Shown: in pieces, positions 56,591 to 64,000 of the stretch | Layout: the number at the start of each line of letters is the position of its first letter | How positions within the stretch are numbered: the first letter of the stretch is position 1 | Virus record (IMG/VR): IMGVR_UViG_3300045284_000385 | Coordinates: 1,908 to 65,907 of that record | Reading direction: 5' to 3' (one strand) | Length of the DNA: 64,000 bases | Origin: a virus | Lineage: Duplodnaviria > Caudoviricetes | Program-made: the position numbers and the translations under genes | The notes under the pieces: model-generated | Database searches by the model: none | Seen by the model: the letters and a program-made list of their open reading frames with translations, nothing else | What the model was told of the DNA's origin: nothing

Positions 56591-57538
56591 ATGGGTTTCG
56601 TAACTTCTGACTATGCGCCTGTAGCCATGCAAACCATTTTTGGTGAGCTCGGTCTGAGCTTTCCATATATCAACAACGCCGGGGATGCCACGATATCGGT
56701 CAATTCCACGATAAGTTCGGTCTTCCAGGTTTATCGAGACTTGACAATCAATGCAGGAATCATCCTGACTGCCTTCGCAAGTCCACAGATTGTGGTCTGT
56801 CGGAATCTGACTTTTGGGAATACTAATTCTCAGATTTCGATAAACAGCATGGGCGCGAATGGTGGATCTGGCCAGGCTTCAGGTGCAGGCGTGGGCGGGG
56901 AAGGTGGAATGTTTGGCGCGCAGAGTGTCGCCGTTATAGGAGATAACTACACCGATTATCTCAGACTTTTTGCGATAGGTGGAGCGGCTCAGGCTGGAGG
57001 CGCGGTTGGGCTTCCAGGAGCAAGTTTGGCCGCATGGTTGAGTCCAATGTCGTTGATGCATTTGATCAGGCTGGGGGCACTTGGCGGCGGAGGCGGCGGA
57101 GCTGGTGCTGGTGGGACTGCATCAGGTACGGCCACAGGCGGGACGGCGGGACGGCTAGGGGCTGCGGGAGGTGCTACTGGAGTCGCCGGTGGTGGAGGTT
57201 CAGGTATTGGAGCGGGAGGTTCTGGTGGAGGAAATGTTACGAGCACTGGCACGGGCGGTCAAGGTGGACCGGGCGGAGGGATATTGCTCGTTATCTGTGA
57301 TCAAATTTTGAACGCTGGCGGTTTGATTAGCGCCGATGGGGCCAACGGGTCTCCTGGAATCAGCAATGCTGGAGGCGGAGGCGGCGGCGGCGGTGGTGCC
57401 GTGTGGGTCATTGCCAATAAAGCAATAGTGCCTCCATCTGTTCGGGCAATGGGCGGCAGCTCAGGATCAGGCGTTGGAACAGGCACCGCTGGGGGCGCAG
57501 GTGGTTCTGGAGTCACTTTCTTAATGAGGGCCGCATAA
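56591..57538 (+). CDS. Glycine-rich tail fibre protein
   Basis: Poly-Gly runs, ISADGANG..GGGGGG.VW. Confidence 0.75.
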   Translation: MGFVTSDYAPVAMQTIFGELGLSFPYINNAGDATISVNSTISSVFQVYRDLTINAGIILTAFASPQIVVCRNLTFGNTNSQISINSMGANGGSGQASGAGVGGEGGMFGAQSVAVIGDNYTDYLRLFAIGGAAQAGGAVGLPGASLAAWLSPMSLMHLIRLGALGGGGGGAGAGGTASGTATGGTAGRLGAAGGATGVAGGGGSGIGAGGSGGGNVTSTGTGGQGGPGGGILLVICDQILNAGGLISADGANGSPGISNAGGGGGGGGGAVWVIANKAIVPPSVRAMGGSSGSGVGTGTAGGAGGSGVTFLMRAA

Positions 57539-57551
57539 GGAGATATTTGAA

Positions 57552-57953
57552 ATGAAGAAAATTCTAGCATGCTTTTTACTATGGGTTGCTATCGCGCAAG
57601 CGCAGGTGCCCAGTCAGGTCACTTTGGGATGGTTTCCGGTTACTACCTTATCGACTGGGGAGCCATTGCCGGCAGGCCTGGTGCTCAAATACCACTTGTA
57701 TAGGGGCAAGGTTCAGGCGGGTCCGTGGGCAGAGGTCACTCCGGTTGGCGGCATTACCGCTCCATCGGTATTGGATCCAGCCGGGAGAATGACGTTTACG
57801 GCCGATGTGGTAGCTGGAGAGCCATTCTATGGTGTCGTGGTGGATGCACCCGGGAGATTGCCATCGCTAGGAAGATGGATAGATCTGACCGGAGCAGCGG
57901 ATGTGCTCAATGATATTTCGGTGACTGTTTCGAAGACCGTTACCATTCCATGA
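57552..57953 (+). CDS. Secreted FN3-like small protein
   Basis: Signal peptide ending AQA|Q; VTLGW.PVT...G.PL....YHLYRG; AAGGAG RBS. Confidence 0.7.
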   Translation: MKKILACFLLWVAIAQAQVPSQVTLGWFPVTTLSTGEPLPAGLVLKYHLYRGKVQAGPWAEVTPVGGITAPSVLDPAGRMTFTADVVAGEPFYGVVVDAPGRLPSLGRWIDLTGAADVLNDISVTVSKTVTIP

Positions 57954-57963
57954 GAATGCGCTT

Positions 57964-58146
57964 ATGGATACGCAATCGGGGATAATCAAGCAAGCAATTG
58001 AGCTTGGTCTCAAAATCAAAAACATGGAAGACGAGATTCGGGGAATAGACTTTCAGATTGAGATGCTCAAGAAAACCAGAGAGCAGATAGAGTTTCTCTT
58101 ATCTAAGCTTTGGGATGCTGAGGGAAAGTTGAAGCGGGGAGCATGA
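57964..58146 (+). CDS. Small coiled-coil protein
   Basis: 60 aa heptad pattern. Confidence 0.55.
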   Translation: MDTQSGIIKQAIELGLKIKNMEDEIRGIDFQIEMLKKTREQIEFLLSKLWDAEGKLKRGA

Positions 58147-58229
58147 CAAACCAAGAACTGGTTCCTGACATCATTGCGCCGACTCCTCCGGTGACTTTGA
58201 TTGTTGTGGTGCCACCTCCAGGGCCGTAG
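58143..58229 (+). CDS. 28-aa peptide resembling an isolated FN3 A-strand (not in ORF track)
   Basis: GGGGAG RBS-like, ATGA coupling; MTNQELVPDIIAPTPPVTLIVVVPPPGP; fills the gap to the next RBS. Confidence 0.6.
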   Translation: MTNQELVPDIIAPTPPVTLIVVVPPPGP

Positions 58230-58237
58230 GAGTTGAT

Positions 58238-58975
58238 ATGGTTAAAGAGCAAGGCGACGACGATGTCGAGCTTATAAGCAGCAACTCCGGCAGAGTTCCA
58301 GTTCCTGATCCGACCATACTGACTACAGCAGCTCTTCTCAGGGAAATCGCCGCCTTGAAAGAGTCCACCAATATCAGGGTTAACGGCATCGAGCAGCGTA
58401 TGGTGGAGATGGTTTCCGGTGCTATCAAAGCACTGGAAGGCGTCATTATCACACGTCTGGAGGGAATGGATAGGGCTCTTGAGCTTCTGCAATCTACCGC
58501 GGATAAGTTTCCGCAGAGGATTGATGAGAAAATCGGATCTCTTGGAAAAGTTCACGAGGAAAAGTTCCACTCCATTCAGACTCAATTTACCGAGCGGGAT
58601 GTAAGAACAGAACAAACCTCTAGGGATAGCAAAGTAGCGGTCGATGCTGCCTTGCAAGCTGCTAAAGAAGCTGTCGGAGAGCAGAACAGATCCTCAGCGT
58701 TGGCCATCGCAAAAAGTGAAGCTGCTACTTCTAAGCAAATCGATCAGATGGGATCATTGATTCAGCAGAACACGAACACTTCGAACGATAAGATTCAGGA
58801 TCTAAAGGACAGGCTGACACGGCTAGAAGGAACCGGCCAAGGGACTCAACAAGAATCCTCAAGGGGGAAGACAGCGACTCGAGACATGATTGGAGTCATG
58901 GGATTTATTTTGGCTCTTTTGATCGGGATTGGAACGATTATTCTTTCTATTGCTAGATCTAGGGGCGGCCCGTGA
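58238..58975 (+). CDS. Coiled-coil protein with C-terminal TM (lysis region)
   Basis: AGGAG RBS; PVPDPTILT, AVDAALQAAKEAV, C-terminal hydrophobic helix. Confidence 0.75.
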   Translation: MVKEQGDDDVELISSNSGRVPVPDPTILTTAALLREIAALKESTNIRVNGIEQRMVEMVSGAIKALEGVIITRLEGMDRALELLQSTADKFPQRIDEKIGSLGKVHEEKFHSIQTQFTERDVRTEQTSRDSKVAVDAALQAAKEAVGEQNRSSALAIAKSEAATSKQIDQMGSLIQQNTNTSNDKIQDLKDRLTRLEGTGQGTQQESSRGKTATRDMIGVMGFILALLIGIGTIILSIARSRGGP

Positions 58976-59310
58976 AAGTCCCCGAACCATATGTTTACGA
59001 CCGGGTGACGGTGGTCAAGACTCATGACGGGGATACCTGCACGGTGGATATCGATCTTGGGTTCTCGGTCATCTTTCGAAATCAGATCATCAGGCTTGCG
59101 AGGATCAATGCTCCGGAGCTTGCCACGCCAGGGGGTCCCCCAGCACAGGTGGCATTATCGGGTATGATTTCAGGGAAGCCTATTACGCTAAAGACGACGC
59201 TTGACCGCAAGGAAAAGTTTGGCCGCTATCTTGGAGAAATCTGGGTTGGCGGATTGAATGTCAACGATGAAATGGTAAGACTCGGTTTTGCAGTTCCTTA
59301 TTTTGGATGA
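58972..59310 (+). CDS. Thermonuclease (SNase) family protein
   Basis: HDGDT..DIDLGF, IRLARINAPE, EKFGRYLG, VNDEMV..G.A. Confidence 0.92.
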   Translation: MKVPEPYVYDRVTVVKTHDGDTCTVDIDLGFSVIFRNQIIRLARINAPELATPGGPPAQVALSGMISGKPITLKTTLDRKEKFGRYLGEIWVGGLNVNDEMVRLGFAVPYFG

Positions 59311-59319
59311 GGAGGTTTT

Positions 59320-59604
59320 ATGAACTTAGCAAACTGGAAACCTATGACATTCGGGTTGATCGCTGGGATCTGTGGGATTCTGACCCAGGAAGGAATCGGG
59401 ATTCTTCCTCTCGGGAAAACCACGCTGGTCGGGTTAATCGGTTCGATTTCTGTTTTCCTATTGGGGTTCTTCGCTAAGGATAGTGCGACTACTGGAGGGA
59501 CCGTTCCAGTTACTAAAGAAGCGGCGGTGCGCGTTGAACAGGGAACCAAGGCGCTTGATCCGGTTGCGGTGTCCAAGGTAGCCGAGAAGATCGATCATCC
59601 CTGA
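59320..59604 (+). CDS. Holin-like membrane protein
   Basis: NWK.T..G, two TMs, LGFFAKD..TTGG; GGAGG RBS. Confidence 0.65.
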   Translation: MNLANWKPMTFGLIAGICGILTQEGIGILPLGKTTLVGLIGSISVFLLGFFAKDSATTGGTVPVTKEAAVRVEQGTKALDPVAVSKVAEKIDHP

Positions 59605-59687
59605 GCAATATTGGCCACATAGGTGAGCAAAGTTGAACTGACCGGCGATCTTCAAAACGGTAGAATCTTGGCAGGTGAGGAGTGATT

Positions 59688-59843
59688 ATGCTCTATACAA
59701 TTCTGATCATAGTTTTGATTTTGTTGGTTTTTGGGGCGCTCCCGTCCTGGCCACACTCAGCGAATTGGGGATATGCTCCAAGCGGTCTTCTCGGAACGAT
59801 CCTTATCGTGATCCTCATCCTTTTCTTGCTTGGAAAACTTTAA
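59688..59843 (+). CDS. DUF3309-family small membrane protein (not in ORF track)
   Basis: MLYTILIIVLILLVFGALPSWPHSANWGYAPSGLLGTILIVILILFLLGKL; GAGGAG RBS; TAGAAT at 59661. Confidence 0.85.
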   Translation: MLYTILIIVLILLVFGALPSWPHSANWGYAPSGLLGTILIVILILFLLGKL

Positions 59844-59853
59844 AGGGGGAACC

Positions 59854-59994
59854 ATGTTGACAGTGTTTCTGGTGCTCGCTTTGGCAGCTTTCATCTGCAC
59901 AATCTTGGTCGCTCTCAACAAATGCGCCGTCTGGATTCCGATAATTTTGCTCGTCATCATCGAACTATTGCGGGCTCTACCACTGGGCAGATAA
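59854..59994 (+). CDS. 46-aa two-TM protein (not in ORF track)
   Basis: MLTVFLVLALAAFICTILVALNKCAVWIPIILLVIIELLRALPLGR; GGGGG RBS. Confidence 0.7.
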   Translation: MLTVFLVLALAAFICTILVALNKCAVWIPIILLVIIELLRALPLGR

Positions 59995-60005
59995 AGGAGG
60001 TGATC

Positions 60006-60332
60006 GTGAAACCGAAATTGAAAACTGAATCGAAAAAAGAAAAAGTCGTCTTCGATAGCGACGGGATAATCAAAAATCTGATTGGCGGAGTTCAGAGAGA
60101 CCTGAAGGAAATCGATGCTAAGCTGGATCGCATGGACAGGCGGGAGCGTGATGTAATAGTCCCGGCACTCCGGGCGATTCTACAGGCAAGCCAAGGGATA
60201 GACCCAGCTATTTTGCAAGAGTTGCAGGCCGCGGATGAGAAGTTAAATGCTTCATCGGATTCCTTGCAGGCATCGGTTGATGCAGCAAAGCAGCCTCCGT
60301 TGGAAATGTCTTATCCAGTCTATCCTGACTAG
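60006..60332 (+). CDS. Coiled-coil hypothetical protein
   Basis: AGGAGGT RBS before GTG. Confidence 0.6.
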   Translation: MKPKLKTESKKEKVVFDSDGIIKNLIGGVQRDLKEIDAKLDRMDRRERDVIVPALRAILQASQGIDPAILQELQAADEKLNASSDSLQASVDAAKQPPLEMSYPVYPD

Positions 60333-60501
60333 GAGGATAACCAAATGGGGTGAATCCACACAAACCGCCGAATGGAGTGACTCCGCATCGAATTCTTTCA
60401 GACCAGGACTATTGGAAAATAGGCCGCATCTTTCACGGGAAAACGGGAGTCACTCATTCAGAATTCAGGAGCATCACTTTCCTCATGCCAAAGGAGAAAC
60501 C

Positions 60502-60909
60502 ATGCCAAAAGAATTAAAGCTGTCACCATTTGATCTAACAGAAGGCCCGTACATCGTACGGACAGTGAAAGGCCCTTACGATCCCAGCAAGAAGATCAAG
60601 CGATGGATCGATACCCGCGCGAACGATTCTTCCAACACTCAGCAGATTTTCGCGTATCACACTTACATTCGCGGTCCACAAGGTGGAGTCGAGATTAGCC
60701 GTTTTGAAATGGGCAGAGCGGAAGCAAGTTTGGCTAACATTCCAGGAACGGCGGACAAGAACCTGCAGGAATGGACTGTGCCAATGCGCTATTTGAGGAC
60801 TGGAGAGGATCTGACCATTAGCCCGGAAGGGGATTATGTTATTGTAACGGTCTCCTTGGCTGAAGTTCTTCGGGTTTGTAACGAGATCTTAGGATACGTC
60901 ATTAAGTGA
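60502..60909 (+). CDS. Hypothetical protein
   Basis: AAGGAG RBS; GTGA overlap with endolysin. Confidence 0.65.
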   Translation: MPKELKLSPFDLTEGPYIVRTVKGPYDPSKKIKRWIDTRANDSSNTQQIFAYHTYIRGPQGGVEISRFEMGRAEASLANIPGTADKNLQEWTVPMRYLRTGEDLTISPEGDYVIVTVSLAEVLRVCNEILGYVIK

Positions 60910-61409
60910 GGCCGGATCAGGTTCACGAGTTCAGCGAGCATGGAAGGAATTTCCTCGTCGGGTTAGAGGAGGTGAAGAATAAATCCTACCTAGATTCAGG
61001 CGGAGCGCCCAGCATTGGCATTGGGCACCTTCTTACGAAGTCGGAGCGGTCCTCCGGGAAGATTCACATCATGGGGCAGTTCTCCATCGAATACGAAGAT
61101 GGTCTCACCGACGATCAGGTGATGGCGCTCTTCGATCAGGATCTCGGAGACCTGGACGCGGAAGTAGACCGGCGCCTCTCCAGCCCGGCAAGTCTCAATC
61201 AAAATCAGTTCGATGCGCTCTGTTGCTTCACGTTCAACGTGGGGTTGGATGCCTTCACGAAGAGCACCTTACTACGAGTCATCAATGAGGGAATGTTGGA
61301 TCAGGTTCCGACGCAGATGAGACGATGGATCTTCGACAACGGAGTTAAAGTTGCGGGATTGCAGAATCGCCGAGATAAAGAAATACTTATTTGGGAGGGA
61401 CTTGTTTAG
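60906..61409 (+). CDS. Endolysin, GH24 lysozyme
   Basis: E..K..SYLDSGG.PSIGIGH, LNQNQFDAL..FTFNVG, STLLR, GLQNRR.KE. Confidence 0.93.
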   Translation: MRPDQVHEFSEHGRNFLVGLEEVKNKSYLDSGGAPSIGIGHLLTKSERSSGKIHIMGQFSIEYEDGLTDDQVMALFDQDLGDLDAEVDRRLSSPASLNQNQFDALCCFTFNVGLDAFTKSTLLRVINEGMLDQVPTQMRRWIFDNGVKVAGLQNRRDKEILIWEGLV

Positions 61410-61581
61410 GCTGATGCTCTCCGCACCAATCAAAACTTTCCACAATCAGCCAATGAGATTTATCAACAAGCAGTACGGGCGGAAATCTTCGGCATGATCC
61501 AGCGTCCACAAGAAGATGAAAAAATCTGCAATTCTCGCATGTCTCTTTCTCGTGCGGATATTCTACCGGTAGATCACTCAC
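61387..61581 (-). CDS. Small Cys-rich phage protein
   Basis: CENCRF...CRRFPP...DWCGEH. Confidence 0.75.
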   Translation of the reverse strand: MSDLPVEYPHEKETCENCRFFHLLVDAGSCRRFPPVLLVDKSHWLIVESFDWCGEHQPKQVPPK

Positions 61582-62312
61582 TCAATTTTTCCCCCTCCCA
61601 CCCATTTTACTTTGGAAGTCTTATGCTGAATCCTAGCAGTGCGCTGTGCCCTCATACTGGCCACCGCCTGGCCTGCATCGGCGTTCATCGCCTGTAACCC
61701 GCCTTGCAGTGTTCCTGCGTAAAACAGCTCTACAAGCTTGATCCATCCCTGCTCCAGGGAGAACTCAGAGACCGGCAACGCCATCTGCTGCTCAAGCTCA
61801 GTCGAGAGCGTATCCCGCAAGACTTCCATCTTGGCGATGATCATCGGGATCGAATGCTCGCGGAAGAAATTCCGGTCAATGGATAGACGGGTGCCTTGGA
61901 AACCTGTCAGGATGCCGGCCAGTATCGTCTTAGTACCTGGGGCTCCGGCGAGGGTCGCGGCAGTAGAGAGACCGAGAGCAACCGTATCCATGCCCACGTT
62001 GTAGCCTGCGTTGCCCAGGAAGAGCTGCGACTCAAATCCCCAGTAATTGAGGTCGACATCGAGCTTGACCCGATTCAAGATTCTGTCTCTCAAATCCTTC
62101 GCGGTGCACTCCTGAAGAGCTGACGGTTTCGAGCAAACTGTCAAGGCCAGCTTATAGGCCGCGTAGTCGTTCGAAAAGTCCTGCGATGTGTAAAGCGTGA
62201 GAGGGCTCGAAGAACTAAGCAGCGACGGGGTTTTCGGCTTCAGGTTCGAGGAAGCGCAGGAGGTTAGGACCAGAAACAAAATAGTGCGAATAAAATTTTT
62301 CAGAATTTCCAT
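61578..62312 (-). CDS. Putative lipoprotein
   Basis: Lipobox LTSC after a hydrophobic stretch; GAGGTG RBS. Confidence 0.7.
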   Translation of the reverse strand: MEILKNFIRTILFLVLTSCASSNLKPKTPSLLSSSSPLTLYTSQDFSNDYAAYKLALTVCSKPSALQECTAKDLRDRILNRVKLDVDLNYWGFESQLFLGNAGYNVGMDTVALGLSTAATLAGAPGTKTILAGILTGFQGTRLSIDRNFFREHSIPMIIAKMEVLRDTLSTELEQQMALPVSEFSLEQGWIKLVELFYAGTLQGGLQAMNADAGQAVASMRAQRTARIQHKTSKVKWVGGGKIE

Positions 62313-62491
62313 CTTCTCACCTCTAAAGACTCAGCAGGTTCCCTTTTTTCTGCTCCATATCCCTCCGCCTCCAACAGTTCTAGAATCTCGGCGAGTATTA
62401 GAAGCTGTTTAGGGTCGGTAAGGTCTTCGAATTCAATGGTACATTTCGGCTTGATGCCGTTCTCCATTGTGATCTTGGCTAATTTGTCCAT
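62300..62491 (-). CDS. Hypothetical protein
   Basis: GGAGGTG RBS. Confidence 0.6.
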   Translation of the reverse strand: MDKLAKITMENGIKPKCTIEFEDLTDPKQLLILAEILELLEAEGYGAEKREPAESLEVRRWKF

Positions 62492-62514
62492 TTCACCTCC
62501 AAAGACTCAACAGG
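62317..62514. repeat. 22-nt direct repeat at consecutive gene starts
   Basis: 62317-62338 vs 62493-62514, 2 mismatches. Confidence 0.7.
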
Positions 62515-62609
62515 GCAGCCTGCCACTCCCTAATTTACTTTCCCCAACCCTCCGAGAAACCGGGGGGATTTCATTAAAAGGAGCCGTCTCGAATCGTTGG
62601 AAGGCTGCC

Positions 62610-62984
62610 CTATTCAATCTTCGCTTTTTCCTTCTTGGCGCCGGCTAGGAATTCTTTCACAGCGAACCGTAGATGCTCAGAAATAAACCAGCTCTGCGAA
62701 AGATACTTCCGCGCTTCGGCCAGCTCGGCTTTGGTATTGATCTGGTCAATGTTGCAGAGTCTGACTTGTTCCTCAAGCCGGTCGCGCTCAGCGGTGAGTT
62801 CCCGACAATGTTGCTCTATTTCTTCCCAAGCCAAGGCGGATGGACCTTTCCGAAGTTCCGCAATCCTCTCCAGCAGCGGAATAACATCTATCTCTTCAAT
62901 AGCACAAGCTGTCTCGTACCAATCATCAGCGTGCATTCCCGCTTCAACTGCTTCCTTGCTTGGCAGCCCTTCTGGAAGTCTCAT
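62610..62984 (-). CDS. Coiled-coil hypothetical protein
   Basis: 124 aa, ATGA-coupled. Confidence 0.65.
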   Translation of the reverse strand: MRLPEGLPSKEAVEAGMHADDWYETACAIEEIDVIPLLERIAELRKGPSALAWEEIEQHCRELTAERDRLEEQVRLCNIDQINTKAELAEARKYLSQSWFISEHLRFAVKEFLAGAKKEKAKIE

Positions 62985-63160
62985 GGCTTAGACTCACTCA
63001 ATTTGATGACAGATCCATCTGATTCATAGACATTCTCTTTGACTGGAAACTTGCCATTCCATATCAGCCCGCACCTTGGGCACACATATGAATAAAGGGG
63101 CCAACTCCATTTGAATTCTTGTAACTGGTCTTTTGGACAATAAACCGGACCATCACTCAT
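62981..63160 (-). CDS. 59-aa zinc-ribbon protein (not in ORF track)
   Basis: MSDGPVYCPKD...YVCPRCGL...SESKP; GAGGAG RBS. Confidence 0.6.
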   Translation of the reverse strand: MSDGPVYCPKDQLQEFKWSWPLYSYVCPRCGLIWNGKFPVKENVYESDGSVIKLSESKP

Positions 63161-63163
63161 GGC

Positions 63164-63364
63164 TTAGGCTCCTCTTCCTGAAGCAAGACGCTCCAATCTC
63201 AAAGATTCATTGGCATTCCATCCAGCTTGAAAAGCCTTTTCTAGCCTGTTAGACAGATAGAATCCCGTTGCGGTGCCGGAGAATGTTTCCGGGCTTTCTT
63301 CTTTGAAGCTATTCCAACCAACTGCCATTGGATGTTGCTTAAGTCTAGTTGGTTTTCTTCTCAT
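63164..63364 (-). CDS. Hypothetical protein
   Basis: RLEKAFQAGWNA motif; GGAGGAG RBS. Confidence 0.65.
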   Translation of the reverse strand: MRRKPTRLKQHPMAVGWNSFKEESPETFSGTATGFYLSNRLEKAFQAGWNANESLRLERLASGRGA

Positions 63365-63648
63365 AGCTTAGGCTCCTCCTCAATCCCCAGCTCTCGGCAG
63401 ATTTCAGTGAAAGCGTCTCTAACAAGTTCTGCACTAATACGACGGTTCGAAAATGGATAAGGCTCGTCTTGTTGTTTTAATATTTCAGCTCGCTCCCGCA
63501 CCAGCTTGGCGAAGGCGCGGAGATTTCCATAAGTGCAGCATGGTTGATTGCAATTACTTATCAAGCATGGACCTCCCCGCGGTGGTCGCTCTCGGTTAAC
63601 TTTCTCAGTGAACTCTTTAATCGTCATCTCATCATCCAAAAAGTTCAT
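63361..63648 (-). CDS. Hypothetical protein
   Basis: Overlap-coupled ORF. Confidence 0.55.
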   Translation of the reverse strand: MNFLDDEMTIKEFTEKVNRERPPRGGPCLISNCNQPCCTYGNLRAFAKLVRERAEILKQQDEPYPFSNRRISAELVRDAFTEICRELGIEEEPKL

Positions 63649-64000
63649 CGCTAGCCTTGATCATTCCCGGACCGGCGTCCGAGACAAGTTCCTTGGCTGA
63701 GAGCCTGGCCAGGTAAGCATCGCGAGAAGATCTTTTGTATTCGGTTGCGTCATCGATATCAGTTCGCGAAATCGATTTTGGATAGGCTGCGATCAGGCAT
63801 TCCAGAACTGTCCTTTCTCCAAGAGGTAATCTGGCAAGCCAGTATTCCTGCAACGCCTCTCCGGTCGGCAATGGCTCTGCGTTGGGCAAAGCGGAAACGC
63901 CTTGCCCAGTTGCCAAGACTCTCTCTCCGTTCGATTCCACGAAGCCTTTTTCCTTGAGCCTAGCAATGTATGCATCCCTGCTGCTGCGCTTATACCCGGT
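63632..64000 (-). CDS. C-terminal winged-helix region of a larger protein starting outside the window
   Basis: Duplicated YKRSSRDAY[IL]ARL wHTH motif; frame open at the window edge. Confidence 0.65.
   Translation of the reverse strand, partial: TGYKRSSRDAYIARLKEKGFVESNGERVLATGQGVSALPNAEPLPTGEALQEYWLARLPLGERTVLECLIAAYPKSISRTDIDDATEYKRSSRDAYLARLSAKELVSDAGPGMIKASDELFG

Larger units (their letters stand above)
62980..63378. repeat. Three-copy gene-junction repeat GAG(C/T)CTAAGC(C/T)ATGAG (minus strand)
   Basis: 62980-62995, 63156-63174, 63360-63378. Confidence 0.75.
1..64000. mobile_element. Temperate siphovirus-like phage/prophage genome (partial, no host flanks visible)
   Basis: Integrase/xis, divergent HTH repressor pair, replication, terminase-portal-capsid-tail-tape measure-endolysin genes in canonical order; no sheath gene recognised. 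Confidence 0.96.

Noticed and set aside
56860-57520. GGC/GGT low-complexity tracts and Pro-rich antisense ORFs
   Set aside because: Poly-Gly coding of the fibre protein; antisense ORFs are shadows (same for 47151-47507 in the tape measure)
60331-60353. Strong AGGAGG followed by ATG GGG TGA minigene
   Set aside because: Two codons only; more likely a remnant or chance, no supporting evidence
1-64000. CRISPR array, tRNA/rRNA genes, diversity-generating retroelement, transposase
   Set aside because: No regularly spaced repeats, cloverleaf, reverse transcriptase motif, TR/VR pair or DDE transposase seen by eye; the Cas4-like nuclease sits in a normal phage recombination module
1-64000. Stop-codon reassignment, and a host assignment to Acidobacteriota
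   Set aside because: Genes are intact under the standard bacterial code; the host impression rests only on loose familiarity with a few small proteins and cannot be supported from the sequence

Overview
The whole window is most of one temperate, long-tailed (siphovirus-type) phage genome. I could not see any host genes or an att site. A leftward early operon (cro to int, about 12.9 kb to base 1) encodes a replication initiator, a DnaB-type helicase, recombination proteins, a SNF2-helicase/DNA-methylase fusion, a RuvC-like resolvase, xis and a tyrosine integrase. It is followed by the cro/cI switch, an accessory region (ParB-like, SAM-MTase-like, Gp37/Gp68, Rmf-like, DUF932), and a rightward late operon (terminase, portal, head, tail, lysis). 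The window ends in further leftward early-type genes, so the genome may be circular or permuted. The most unusual signal is an apparent split-FN3 'plug and socket' system. Two signal-peptide-bearing, probably glycan-active proteins and a 28-aa peptide missing from the ORF track end in an isolated FN3 first-strand motif (P-[TS]-x-P-x-x-[LV]). Two repeat-rich virion proteins carry FN3 domains that lack that strand. Also notable: an endonuclease VII gene fully nested out of frame in the still-open helicase-methylase gene, a Com-like regulator next to RBS-occluding hairpins, and a -1 frameshift in the tail chaperone. All family calls come from motif recognition by eye; no searches were run.
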